IMG/VR virus record: IMGVR_UViG_3300048599_000790
Coordinates: 1 to 42,078 of that record
Source of the DNA: a virus
Taxonomy: Duplodnaviria > Caudoviricetes
Reading direction: 5' to 3' (one strand)
DNA length: 42,078 nucleotides
A program made the position numbers and the translations under genes. Below the pieces are notes generated by a model. That model had not been told where the DNA came from and made no database searches. It saw nothing but the letters and a program-made list of their open reading frames with translations. How positions within the stretch are numbered: position 1 is the first letter of the stretch; each line of letters begins with the position of its first letter. Below, piece after piece: positions 27,566 to 34,537 of the stretch.

Positions 27566-27723
27566 CGCGCCAACTCCTTCGGCACGTCGCGGCCCATGGC
27601 TGCGCACATGTCACGGCACTTGGCGTGAACAGCGAGCTTGTGGGGCGATAGAAAGCGGCCGCTCTCGTCGCGGGGAGCGACCCGGGGCGCGCGATGGAGG
27701 AGGCGGCGGAGGGCGGCGATCAT
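27562..27723 (-). CDS. Hypothetical protein
   Basis: ATGA-coupled; RDESGRF (NUMOD3-like) motif. Confidence 0.55.
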   Translation of the reverse strand: MIAALRRLLHRAPRVAPRDESGRFLSPHKLAVHAKCRDMCAAMGRDVPKELAR

Positions 27724-28448
27724 GCAACCACCTCCACCGGGGCGCGCCAGTGCCAATGGGCGGGCACGCCGGATATTTCGCTGATGTATTTCCCGTCCTG
27801 CTTGTCGGGGCGGACGTATTTGGCGAGGAAGTCGAACGCACCGCGACGCTCGATCCGATAGACCAAGCCTTCGACCGCCTCGCGAGCGCCGTGGCGGCCG
27901 TGAACGCCCATGAGGGTTAAGGCATCGGCAACGGCAATCGGCGCGCCGTCGTGTATCACCGCCGGGGTCGTGACGGCATAGCGGTCGCAGCGTGCGAATA
28001 GTTCGTCGTGGGGAACGCGCTTGCCGCCGGTCGTCAGATCGAAGGCAACGAACGGCTCATGGGCGAGGTCGTAAATCGTGCCGTGAGCCATTGCGAGCCA
28101 TTCGCCGTGGACCGCCTCGCCCTCGTCCAGCATCGCCGACCAACGGCCCAGACCGGCCTTGACCCACCAGTCGAAATGATGATGTTGCTCGAAAGGGCTG
28201 GTGATCGCCGGGTAGCCCGCGCGACCAAGAGCGATGATCTGGCCGCCGACCTTGGCGATGGCGACGTTTCCGCCGTCTAGCTTTTCGGTTACAATCACCC
28301 GGTCGTGCCGGTCACGAGGCTTCGTAGTGCAAATCGCCTCCTGCCCGTCATGGCAATGGTGATCGCCCGGTCCGAGCCGACTGCCGGGAAGGTGCGGGAT
28401 AGAGCCATAGGCCTTGCGCCCAAGCGGCTTGACTGGTTTGTCGCTCAT
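27720..28448 (-). CDS. RNA ligase-family nucleotidyltransferase
   Basis: Motif I TEKLDGGN, III GEW, IIIa FVAFDL, IV EGLVYR, V AKYVR. Confidence 0.85.
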   Translation of the reverse strand: MSDKPVKPLGRKAYGSIPHLPGSRLGPGDHHCHDGQEAICTTKPRDRHDRVIVTEKLDGGNVAIAKVGGQIIALGRAGYPAITSPFEQHHHFDWWVKAGLGRWSAMLDEGEAVHGEWLAMAHGTIYDLAHEPFVAFDLTTGGKRVPHDELFARCDRYAVTTPAVIHDGAPIAVADALTLMGVHGRHGAREAVEGLVYRIERRGAFDFLAKYVRPDKQDGKYISEISGVPAHWHWRAPVEVVA

Positions 28449-28735
28449 GGCAGCTCTCCGCGCAGGATTTTGCAGGCCTTCTTCAAGCCATGGGCAGCGT
28501 TAGGGGTCTCGCACGCAAGGGCGCGATCCCGCTTGTCTTGAAGCTGGCCGATCAGGTCGGTTTGGCGGGCGATGGTGGCGTTGGCGGCGCACCATTCACG
28601 CGTCCGGCGGTCAGCCCAAGCGGCGAAATGGTCAGCTTGTCGTCGCGCGTCGGCTACCTTGAGGCGCATCCACGCCCACATTCCCGCCGCCCCTACAGCG
28701 ACCAATATGCCGCTTCCGATGAGGTTGTAGATCAT
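28445..28735 (-). CDS. Hypothetical protein with N-terminal TM and coiled coil
   Basis: ATGA-coupled on both sides. Confidence 0.65.
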   Translation of the reverse strand: MIYNLIGSGILVAVGAAGMWAWMRLKVADARRQADHFAAWADRRTREWCAANATIARQTDLIGQLQDKRDRALACETPNAAHGLKKACKILRGELP

Positions 28736-29226
28736 GCTGCTCTCCTCCCGCGCGGACGTTCAGCCATCGCGACCAACTGCATCCCGCGCTCGATCTTGCG
28801 CTGGCCGACCACGCGGAGCGCCTGCCGGTCATTCGTGCAAAACTCGCCGTCAGCAGCACGGCGGGCGACCTCCGCGCCGTCGCCGACAACATCAGCGGCA
28901 AACTGGCCCGGAAGGGGCTCGTCCTCGTCGGGAAGCTCAAAAGCCCCCTGCCCCGCCAGATGGAGCCATTCGTTCGTGAAGTCGGCGCCGAGGAACGCTG
29001 CGATCGACAGGATCGCCTCAAGCGGCATCGGGCGGAAGTCGACGCTATCGGGCGCGGTCATCGCGCACTCGATCACGCGATCCTTGACCCCCGTCGCATT
29101 GGCGAGCTGCTTGACCGTGTATCGACGGCCCCGGCCCACATAGAGACGCAAGGCACTTCCGAATTTGTTCCACGCATGTTCGCGGGAAACGTTGGGCGAC
29201 AAGTTCGCGGACGTGTTGTCAAGCAC
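28732..29226 (-). CDS. CII-like HTH regulator
   Basis: YTVKQLANATGV HTH; lambdoid cII-like position upstream of the replication genes. Confidence 0.6.
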   Translation of the reverse strand: MLDNTSANLSPNVSREHAWNKFGSALRLYVGRGRRYTVKQLANATGVKDRVIECAMTAPDSVDFRPMPLEAILSIAAFLGADFTNEWLHLAGQGAFELPDEDEPLPGQFAADVVGDGAEVARRAADGEFCTNDRQALRVVGQRKIERGMQLVAMAERPRGRRAA

Positions 29227-29364
29227 GGGCTACTCCATCAGCATGAGAAAGGATGAACAGAACCGGGGCGGCGAGCCGCGTCCCGAAGAGGCGAAAACCA
29301 TCGGTGAGATCGTCGCTTCCCTCCCCGTGGGGGTGGTCATGACAGGGGTGGGGCTGGTGAGGCT

Positions 29365-30171
29365 TCATGCTGCCTCCCGTTCGAGGCCGAAGCGATGAGC
29401 AAGGATTGCGCGGCCGATAAGCTCGGGTATCTGCGGGACTACGGCGTTTCCGAGGGCCGTAAGTTCGTCCACCGATCCGGTAGGCCCATCATGCCCTCGA
29501 CACACGAACGGCAAGGCACCCCTTTGAAAAGCATCGACAAGGTAATTTGCTTCCCGATACGCATCCGGCGTTGGACTGACACTGTGGACACGTCGCCCCG
29601 ACTGCGGTTGTCCGACGCCAGTGGAGTTCGCAAGAATCCAGGCCCGATCCCTTCGGTGAGGGGCGCCAACGGCGCTAGCTGGTATGCAATGCCATTCCGC
29701 ATCATACCCGAGCGAGGCCAGCGCGCCGAGAACGTCTCCCATCCATCGATCAAGCAGCTCTGGGCTGTTTTCCACGATGACAAAGTTGGGTCGAAGCTCG
29801 CGAATGAGGCGGAGGTATTCATACCACAATCCGCTTCGTGCGCCGGCGAGGCCAAGTCCGCTTCCGCTGGACGACAGATCCTGGCAGGGGAACCCTCCGC
29901 AGATGACATCAACGGCAATTCCATCGGCAGCAAGTCGCTCGCCGGTAAGCTCTCGCACGTCCCGGTAGCAGGGGACGTCGGGCCAGTGCTTTGCAAGGAC
30001 ACGGCGGGGGAACTCCTCTATTTCACAGAAGGCGACGGTCTCGAAACCGCCCGTGCGCTCAAGCCCAAGGCTGAAACCGCCGATCCCCGAAAAGAGATCG
30101 AGCACCCGCAGCTTCTCGCGCGGTTGATCGCCCTCCCCTCTCATGGGTGCAGAGTGCCGATTGTCGCCCAT
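29365..30171 (-). CDS. C5-cytosine DNA methyltransferase, alpha chain (lacks motif IX)
   Basis: Motifs I DLFSGIGG, IV GGFPCQD, VI VEN, VIII HRRDR and X LGNAV. Confidence 0.92.
   Translation of the reverse strand: MGDNRHSAPMRGEGDQPREKLRVLDLFSGIGGFSLGLERTGGFETVAFCEIEEFPRRVLAKHWPDVPCYRDVRELTGERLAADGIAVDVICGGFPCQDLSSSGSGLGLAGARSGLWYEYLRLIRELRPNFVIVENSPELLDRWMGDVLGALASLGYDAEWHCIPASAVGAPHRRDRAWILANSTGVGQPQSGRRVHSVSPTPDAYREANYLVDAFQRGALPFVCRGHDGPTGSVDELTALGNAVVPQIPELIGRAILAHRFGLEREAA
29439..30002 (-). CDS. Methyltransferase beta chain in an alternative frame nested in the alpha gene
   Basis: SSWKT.Q, WPRSGMMRNG and motif IX-like VEGMMGLPDRWT; same arrangement as M.EcoHK31I beta; exact start uncertain. 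Confidence 0.75.
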   Translation of the reverse strand: MSLQSTGPTSPATGTCESLPASDLLPMELPLMSSAEGSPARICRPAEADLASPAHEADCGMNTSASFASFDPTLSSWKTAQSCLIDGWETFSARWPRSGMMRNGIAYQLAPLAPLTEGIGPGFLRTPLASDNRSRGDVSTVSVQRRMRIGKQITLSMLFKGVPCRSCVEGMMGLPDRWTNLRPSETP

Positions 30172-30174
30172 AAT

Positions 30175-30840
30175 CTAGGCCGCCCGCGCATTGTCGAAGA
30201 CGGGGCCGTCGATCTGCTGCAACGCTATGTCGCGAGCCTCAGGACAAGCGCGGTTCCACGCGGCGACGATGGCGTTCGCCTGTGCGAGAATGACATCGTG
30301 ATCGCTGCGAACGGGCTTAGGTTGCAGCGACGGCGGGTTGAGCGCTCGGCGCACAGTGTCTACACTGAGACCCGTTTCTTCTGCGATCTGCCGAGGGATG
30401 CCGGTTGGCCTTCCGCCCTGAGGGCCACTTTTGGGTTTCGACGCAATTTGCTGCGAAACCACCCGGCGCGCTTCGAGCAATTCAGCGTAGCGACGGATAT
30501 GCTCGTCGCGCTGTTCCTTGGTGAGGTCGAGCCGGTGAAGGTTTTCGGCAATCTCCCACAGTTCGGCGGCAATGGCGTCGTCCTCGATCTCTATGCAGTC
30601 GATATGTGTCCAGCCCAGCATAGTGGCCGCCGCGAGGCGATGACGCCCCGCGACCAAGACAGGGACGCCAGAAACAACCGCCCCGTCGATGACCATTTCG
30701 TCAACAACCCTTATGCTGATGGGTTGGCGCAGGCCGATGTCCTTCATCGACGCAGCGAGGCGCTGCACCGCATCTTCGGAGAGCGCGCGATGGCGCTCGC
30801 CGATTTCGATGTCACCAACATGCAGGCTATGACTCTTCAT
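30175..30840 (-). CDS. ParB/Srx-domain protein with C-terminal HTH
   Basis: IGLRQPI, LVAGRHRL, AENLHRLDL and IAEETGLSVDTVRR. Confidence 0.88.
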   Translation of the reverse strand: MKSHSLHVGDIEIGERHRALSEDAVQRLAASMKDIGLRQPISIRVVDEMVIDGAVVSGVPVLVAGRHRLAAATMLGWTHIDCIEIEDDAIAAELWEIAENLHRLDLTKEQRDEHIRRYAELLEARRVVSQQIASKPKSGPQGGRPTGIPRQIAEETGLSVDTVRRALNPPSLQPKPVRSDHDVILAQANAIVAAWNRACPEARDIALQQIDGPVFDNARAA

Positions 30841-30843
30841 GTC

Positions 30844-31713
30844 TCAGACCAGCGCCGGGAAGTTACCGTTGACGCGGATAAGGCGAAGCGTCCCGCCAGC
30901 CCGAAATTTGTTCCAGCCATGGAAAATAACTTCGAGTTTCGACTGGCGCGCACCCTTGCCCATTTTCAGCAAGGTTTCGCGCACGGTGAACGGGGGCTGA
31001 TGGATGCGCAGCCCTTCGCCGACGCAGACCCGATCCATGTAATCGCGGGCCTCCATGACATTGATATCAGCCAGCAGGTAAAAGGCGGCGCCTACCACGG
31101 CGGGGGCAGCGAATTTGGAGGTATGCTTCCCGACACGGGCGGCATATTCGGCCGCCTTGAGAATGCCGTCGTCGGCGGCGATGCGAGCGAGAATTTGCGC
31201 GTTGGTAAAGCGCCCCGCGTCGCGGATGTGGCGCCCGTCACTCGCCTCGAAAGCGAGGATGACGCGGGCGATGGATGCGCACTGGTTTCCGTAGGTTGCC
31301 CCGTCCATATGGAGGTAGTCACCAGCGGTGCGCGCCGACCCTTGATCCAAGGTGGTGCGTGTGGACCGCTCGACGCCAAAAACCACGATCATGGGAAGAG
31401 CGAGGTTTGCATCGACCATCGCCTGCATTCGATGCTGCCCGTCATTAAGCAGCCCGTCTTGCGAAACGATGATACTTTCTCCGTTGAAGGCCCAGCGACC
31501 AGCCGCCATGTCGGCGGCGAAGTGGGCCGACTTTACCGACTTGGGAACACGATTGTCCGGGTTGCGACGCAAAAGCTCAGCGGCGACGCCGGGATTCATC
31601 ATCACAGTTTCAGAAAAAACCTCGCGCTTTCCGCGCTTGATGCATTCGCTCAGCCAAGAAATGTTGGCACTTTCCAGTTGCCCCTTAACGGGGAGTTTTG
31701 CTACAGTAGCCAT
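30844..31713 (-). CDS. ParB-like (DGQHR) domain protein
   Basis: NPDNR, GRW.FNGESI and DGQHR; RBS GGAG before ATG 31713; the frame is also open from ATG 31806. Confidence 0.8.
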   Translation of the reverse strand: MATVAKLPVKGQLESANISWLSECIKRGKREVFSETVMMNPGVAAELLRRNPDNRVPKSVKSAHFAADMAAGRWAFNGESIIVSQDGLLNDGQHRMQAMVDANLALPMIVVFGVERSTRTTLDQGSARTAGDYLHMDGATYGNQCASIARVILAFEASDGRHIRDAGRFTNAQILARIAADDGILKAAEYAARVGKHTSKFAAPAVVGAAFYLLADINVMEARDYMDRVCVGEGLRIHQPPFTVRETLLKMGKGARQSKLEVIFHGWNKFRAGGTLRLIRVNGNFPALV

Positions 31714-31802
31714 GCTTTGTTCTCCGGGGCGCGTGTTGCGGTTAGACGCTGCGAGCGCGCCCCGAATTTTTCTCGCAGCGAAATTGATTGCCCCGCCCAA
31801 GG

Positions 31803-32018
31803 TCATTCTTGGCGACCTTGCTCGGTGGGGCGGCGGGCGGCGGCAGCGGCGAGCTGCTCAAGCGTTGCAGCGCCATCCTTGGCAAACGCTTCCCAATGTT
31901 CGGGCGGAATGCTGTCGCGCTTGATCCACGACCGAACTGTGTGGACCGAAACCCGGCGTCGCTCGGCGACCGCTTCGGCGGTCCCGGCGTTTTTCACGAT
32001 TGCGGAGTGACTGTGCAT
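31803..32018 (-). CDS. cro: Cro-like repressor
   Basis: Small HTH (AVAERRRVSVHTVRSW..RDSIP) divergent from cI. Confidence 0.85.
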   Translation of the reverse strand: MHSHSAIVKNAGTAEAVAERRRVSVHTVRSWIKRDSIPPEHWEAFAKDGAATLEQLAAAAARRPTEQGRQE

Positions 32019-32066
32019 AGTGCAATAGTGCATTACGCACTAGCAAAAGACAAGTGCCTTTTGCAC
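32013..32066. promoter_or_regulatory. Right operators (three GTGCAT-N-ATGCAC-like sites)
   Basis: 32013-32025 GTGCATAGTGCAA; 32026-32042 TAGTGCATTACGCACTA; 32054-32066 GTGCCTTTTGCAC. Confidence 0.75.
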
Positions 32067-32090
32067 CATCCACCGCGCTATGCGAACTGG

Positions 32091-32723
32091 ATGGACGACA
32101 CTCCCGGCGAAAGACTCAAAAACGCGCGGATCGCAGCTGGCTACGCATCAACGGTTGATGCGGCTAACGCTTTGGGCGTGTCACAATCGACTTATGCCCA
32201 GCACGAGAACGGCATCAGAGGCATTCCGAAGGACAAGGCCCCCCTTTACGCAAGGCGATTCAAGGTCTCTGAGGAATGGCTCCTCTATGGCAAGCGACGC
32301 GGGGAAGCGCAGATCGATGGCGCGGAACCGACAATGCCTATTCCGCTTTTGGGCGAGGTTCCCGCCGGGCCATGGCGTGAAGCGGTGCAAAAAAGCCGTC
32401 AATTCATCCCTGCGCCGCAGGCGGGGATGCCGCGGTCTGCGTATGCTCTTAAGGTTAAAGGGGATTCGATGGATAGGGTAGTCGCGGATGGCGCGACAAT
32501 CATCATTGACCCGACCGATTTTGACCTATTCGATAAGCGCTTCTTTGTCGTTCGCAACCCAGATGGCGAGGTCACATTTAAGCAGTACCGTGACGGTCCG
32601 GCGCGCCTCATCCCCTGCTCGACCAACCCCAAGCATCAGGTGATTCATATCGCTGGCGGCGGCTATGCAATCATCGGAAGGGTCATCAAAACCATATCCG
32701 ACCCCTTCCTAGCGCTCGATTGA
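32091..32723 (+). CDS. cI: CI-like repressor (HTH plus S24 autopeptidase)
   Basis: HTH-XRE, VPAG cleavage site, GDSM catalytic Ser, TFK catalytic Lys; no obvious RBS, possibly leaderless. Confidence 0.92.
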   Translation: MDDTPGERLKNARIAAGYASTVDAANALGVSQSTYAQHENGIRGIPKDKAPLYARRFKVSEEWLLYGKRRGEAQIDGAEPTMPIPLLGEVPAGPWREAVQKSRQFIPAPQAGMPRSAYALKVKGDSMDRVVADGATIIIDPTDFDLFDKRFFVVRNPDGEVTFKQYRDGPARLIPCSTNPKHQVIHIAGGGYAIIGRVIKTISDPFLALD

Positions 32724-32893
32724 TGGTGAATGCGGTGCGTCTCTATTTCGGCGAGGGCGTCGGTATAGAACGTTCCCCAATCGTCGAAACTGCCCAATTC
32801 ACTTTCAATAAGGTCTTGTTGAGCGAGCGCCCTATCGCTGCGCCACGGCCCTACCGGCCTGCCAAAACAGACTGCTCGGTATAATGTCTGCAA
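32663..32893 (-). CDS. Small LexA-box-controlled protein convergent on cI
   Basis: GGAGG RBS and TTG start (MQTLYRAVCFGRPVGPWR...); promoter with SOS box upstream. Confidence 0.6.
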   Translation of the reverse strand: MQTLYRAVCFGRPVGPWRSDRALAQQDLIESELGSFDDWGTFYTDALAEIETHRIHHQSSARKGSDMVLMTLPMIA

Positions 32894-32924
32894 ATCCGCC
32901 TCCCGAATCGACACCCGAATGATG

Positions 32925-32948
32925 GAACTAAACGGGAACAAAGGTCAA
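32925..32948 (-). promoter_or_regulatory. Alphaproteobacterial LexA box GTTC-N7-GTTC within a sigma70 promoter
   Basis: Plus strand GAAC-TAAACGG-GAAC at 32925-32939; -35 TTGACC at 32948-32943. Confidence 0.75.
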
Positions 32949-33001
32949 TGCGGGACGACCGTTAATCTGTGGATAAGCTGCAAGGGGGGAGTGCGCAGAA
33001 A

Positions 33002-33379
33002 ATGAACCGAGGTGCCGCCATCCTATTTTCTGCAGCGCTTATGGCTGGCTGCGACGGCGCGCCCGCAACGCGCGGCGATCTAGAGCGAGAGACAGCGGAC
33101 AGGATCAACAACCATGTCAAATTGCAGTCCAAGGTTGAGGACATGGAGTTGAAAATAAAGCTTTTGCGCGAAGAGATCGAATTTACTCAACGGCAGTTAG
33201 CCAAGCTGGGCGAAGTGAAATCAAGAAGCTCGGGCACCAGTTTGCAGGAGCTTTCCCTCAAGGCTCAACTCAAGGACATGACGGCGCGAGGCGCTTGCGG
33301 CCAATACCCACCTGAGCCGATCCCCGGCGGGGGCGTCTTTCTGCGCAATAAGGAATGCACGGCGAAGGATTTGCAGTGA
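33002..33379 (+). CDS. Lipoprotein with coiled coil (immunity-region cargo, possibly superinfection exclusion)
   Basis: Signal peptide with MAGC lipobox; GGAG RBS. Confidence 0.7.
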   Translation: MNRGAAILFSAALMAGCDGAPATRGDLERETADRINNHVKLQSKVEDMELKIKLLREEIEFTQRQLAKLGEVKSRSSGTSLQELSLKAQLKDMTARGACGQYPPEPIPGGGVFLRNKECTAKDLQ

Positions 33380-33723
33380 GCCGGGCGCCAGACGGGACAA
33401 ACTGGGGATGCCTGGCCATGCTATTCGTCGGCTTGGGCTTGTGGTGGTGGTCGGGCAAGGGAGGTTGTGATGACTACACCTCTGATTACTCGTGCTCATA
33501 CATCAAAGAGCGGGCCGAATATGAGGTCTGGTACTGGCGGAATTTGGAGAACGACAGGCCGGATGATGAAACCTATATCGGTCGAGCGATCGGCATCAAA
33601 ATGTGCGAAAACAACGCGCGCGCCTTTGCGGCTGCGATTGACGAACCTTGGAATTATCGAGCCTACATTTGCATCTTGATGGATGATGGCCGACGAATGG
33701 AAAAGCACCGCAATTTGGGATGA
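33376..33723 (+). CDS. Membrane-anchored Cys-containing protein
   Basis: GTGA-coupled; N-terminal TM. Confidence 0.7.
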   Translation: MSRAPDGTNWGCLAMLFVGLGLWWWSGKGGCDDYTSDYSCSYIKERAEYEVWYWRNLENDRPDDETYIGRAIGIKMCENNARAFAAAIDEPWNYRAYICILMDDGRRMEKHRNLG

Positions 33724-33932
33724 CAGGTATCATGCCCCTACGATCCGATCTAGAGCTGGCAGCGATCACCCTGCCCCTTGATGTGGTGCTCGATCTGTGC
33801 TCAGCAGCAAAGGGAAAGCTCTCCGAAGAGACAGCAGCCCTCCTCAAAGTCGAGGTGGCGCATGTGCTGGCTTCCCTGCCAAGGGTAGAGGAGGAAGTGG
33901 TGAAGGCGATTTTCAAAGAGGCGTTCGATTAA
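33720..33932 (+). CDS. Hypothetical protein (70 aa)
   Basis: ATGA-coupled to the upstream gene. Confidence 0.55.
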   Translation: MTGIMPLRSDLELAAITLPLDVVLDLCSAAKGKLSEETAALLKVEVAHVLASLPRVEEEVVKAIFKEAFD

Positions 33933-33933
33933 C

Positions 33934-34170
33934 CAGCTCGACCGGCAGGCCTAAGCGACCCAAGGCCTGCTGGGGTGGGGGCGATGCTAGTCATCGTCGG
34001 GGCGGCGTAAGCTAGGGGCTTGCGTCGCCCCAATGTGAAGTTGGGCCGCCGCGGCTAACGCCCCCGATCGGGTTCGGGTGATTCGGGTTGCAAATCCTTA
34101 AGGTGACTAACTCTTTACGGTGAGGCGCCGCGCCGAGGGCCGGAAGCTACTCGCGACCTAGAATTCCTAC
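33934..34170 (+). ncRNA. Candidate structured RNA or 3' UTR element
   Basis: Three consecutive strong hairpins whose mismatches form G-U pairs on the plus strand; no convincing ORF; a terminator follows. Confidence 0.45.
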
Positions 34171-34184
34171 AATTGACCCCCAAC

Positions 34185-34211
34185 AACCCCGCCCTCACCG
34201 GCGGGGTTTTG
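34185..34211 (+). terminator. Rho-independent terminator
   Basis: AACCCCGCC-CTCACC-GGCGGGGTT followed by TTGT. Confidence 0.8.
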
Positions 34212-34240
34212 TGTGGATGGGATCGCCACCGCACAAAATT

Positions 34241-34283
34241 AGTGCATAATGCACTTGACAGCCATTGGTGCATAATGCACTAT
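34241..34283 (+). promoter_or_regulatory. pL-like promoter with two perfect operators
   Basis: GTGCATAATGCAC at 34242-34254 and 34268-34280, flanking TTGACA (34255-34260). Confidence 0.85.
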
Positions 34284-34336
34284 TCCTCCATACCCCGGCG
34301 AGCCGCGAGGGCCCGGACAGGTGATGGAGAGACGAA

Positions 34337-34537
34337 ATGGGAAAAGATGCACGGGACGAGGTATCGGGCGCTTCGGCTAAAGGCGCGATCATCGACACCT
34401 ACGCCATCTGGCCGAATGGCAAGCGTCGCCTTTACGCTGTCAACAACTGCTTCGCCTCGACCAGCGAGGCTGAGGCTTTCTACGGGAAGACAAACAGCTA
34501 CCTTCGTTTTGTCGCTCAGGTTCGGGGCGTAGCATGA
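34337..34537 (+). CDS. Hypothetical protein, first gene of the early operon
   Basis: GGAG RBS; coupled to the next gene. Confidence 0.65.
   Translation: MGKDARDEVSGASAKGAIIDTYAIWPNGKRRLYAVNNCFASTSEAEAFYGKTNSYLRFVAQVRGVA

Noticed and set aside
29395-32010. 871-aa plus-strand ORF
   Set aside because: It is in exact antisense codon register with three well-supported minus-strand genes that happen to share one frame. This is a typical GC-rich shadow ORF with no recognisable motifs.
31788-32090. N-terminal extension of the cI ORF (311 aa in the track)
   Set aside because: It would overlap cro and the operators; the HTH begins just after ATG 32091
33975-34030. Suppressor-tRNA-like element (CTA in hairpin loops)
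   Set aside because: No cloverleaf, T-loop context or CCA end; kept only as a generic structured RNA
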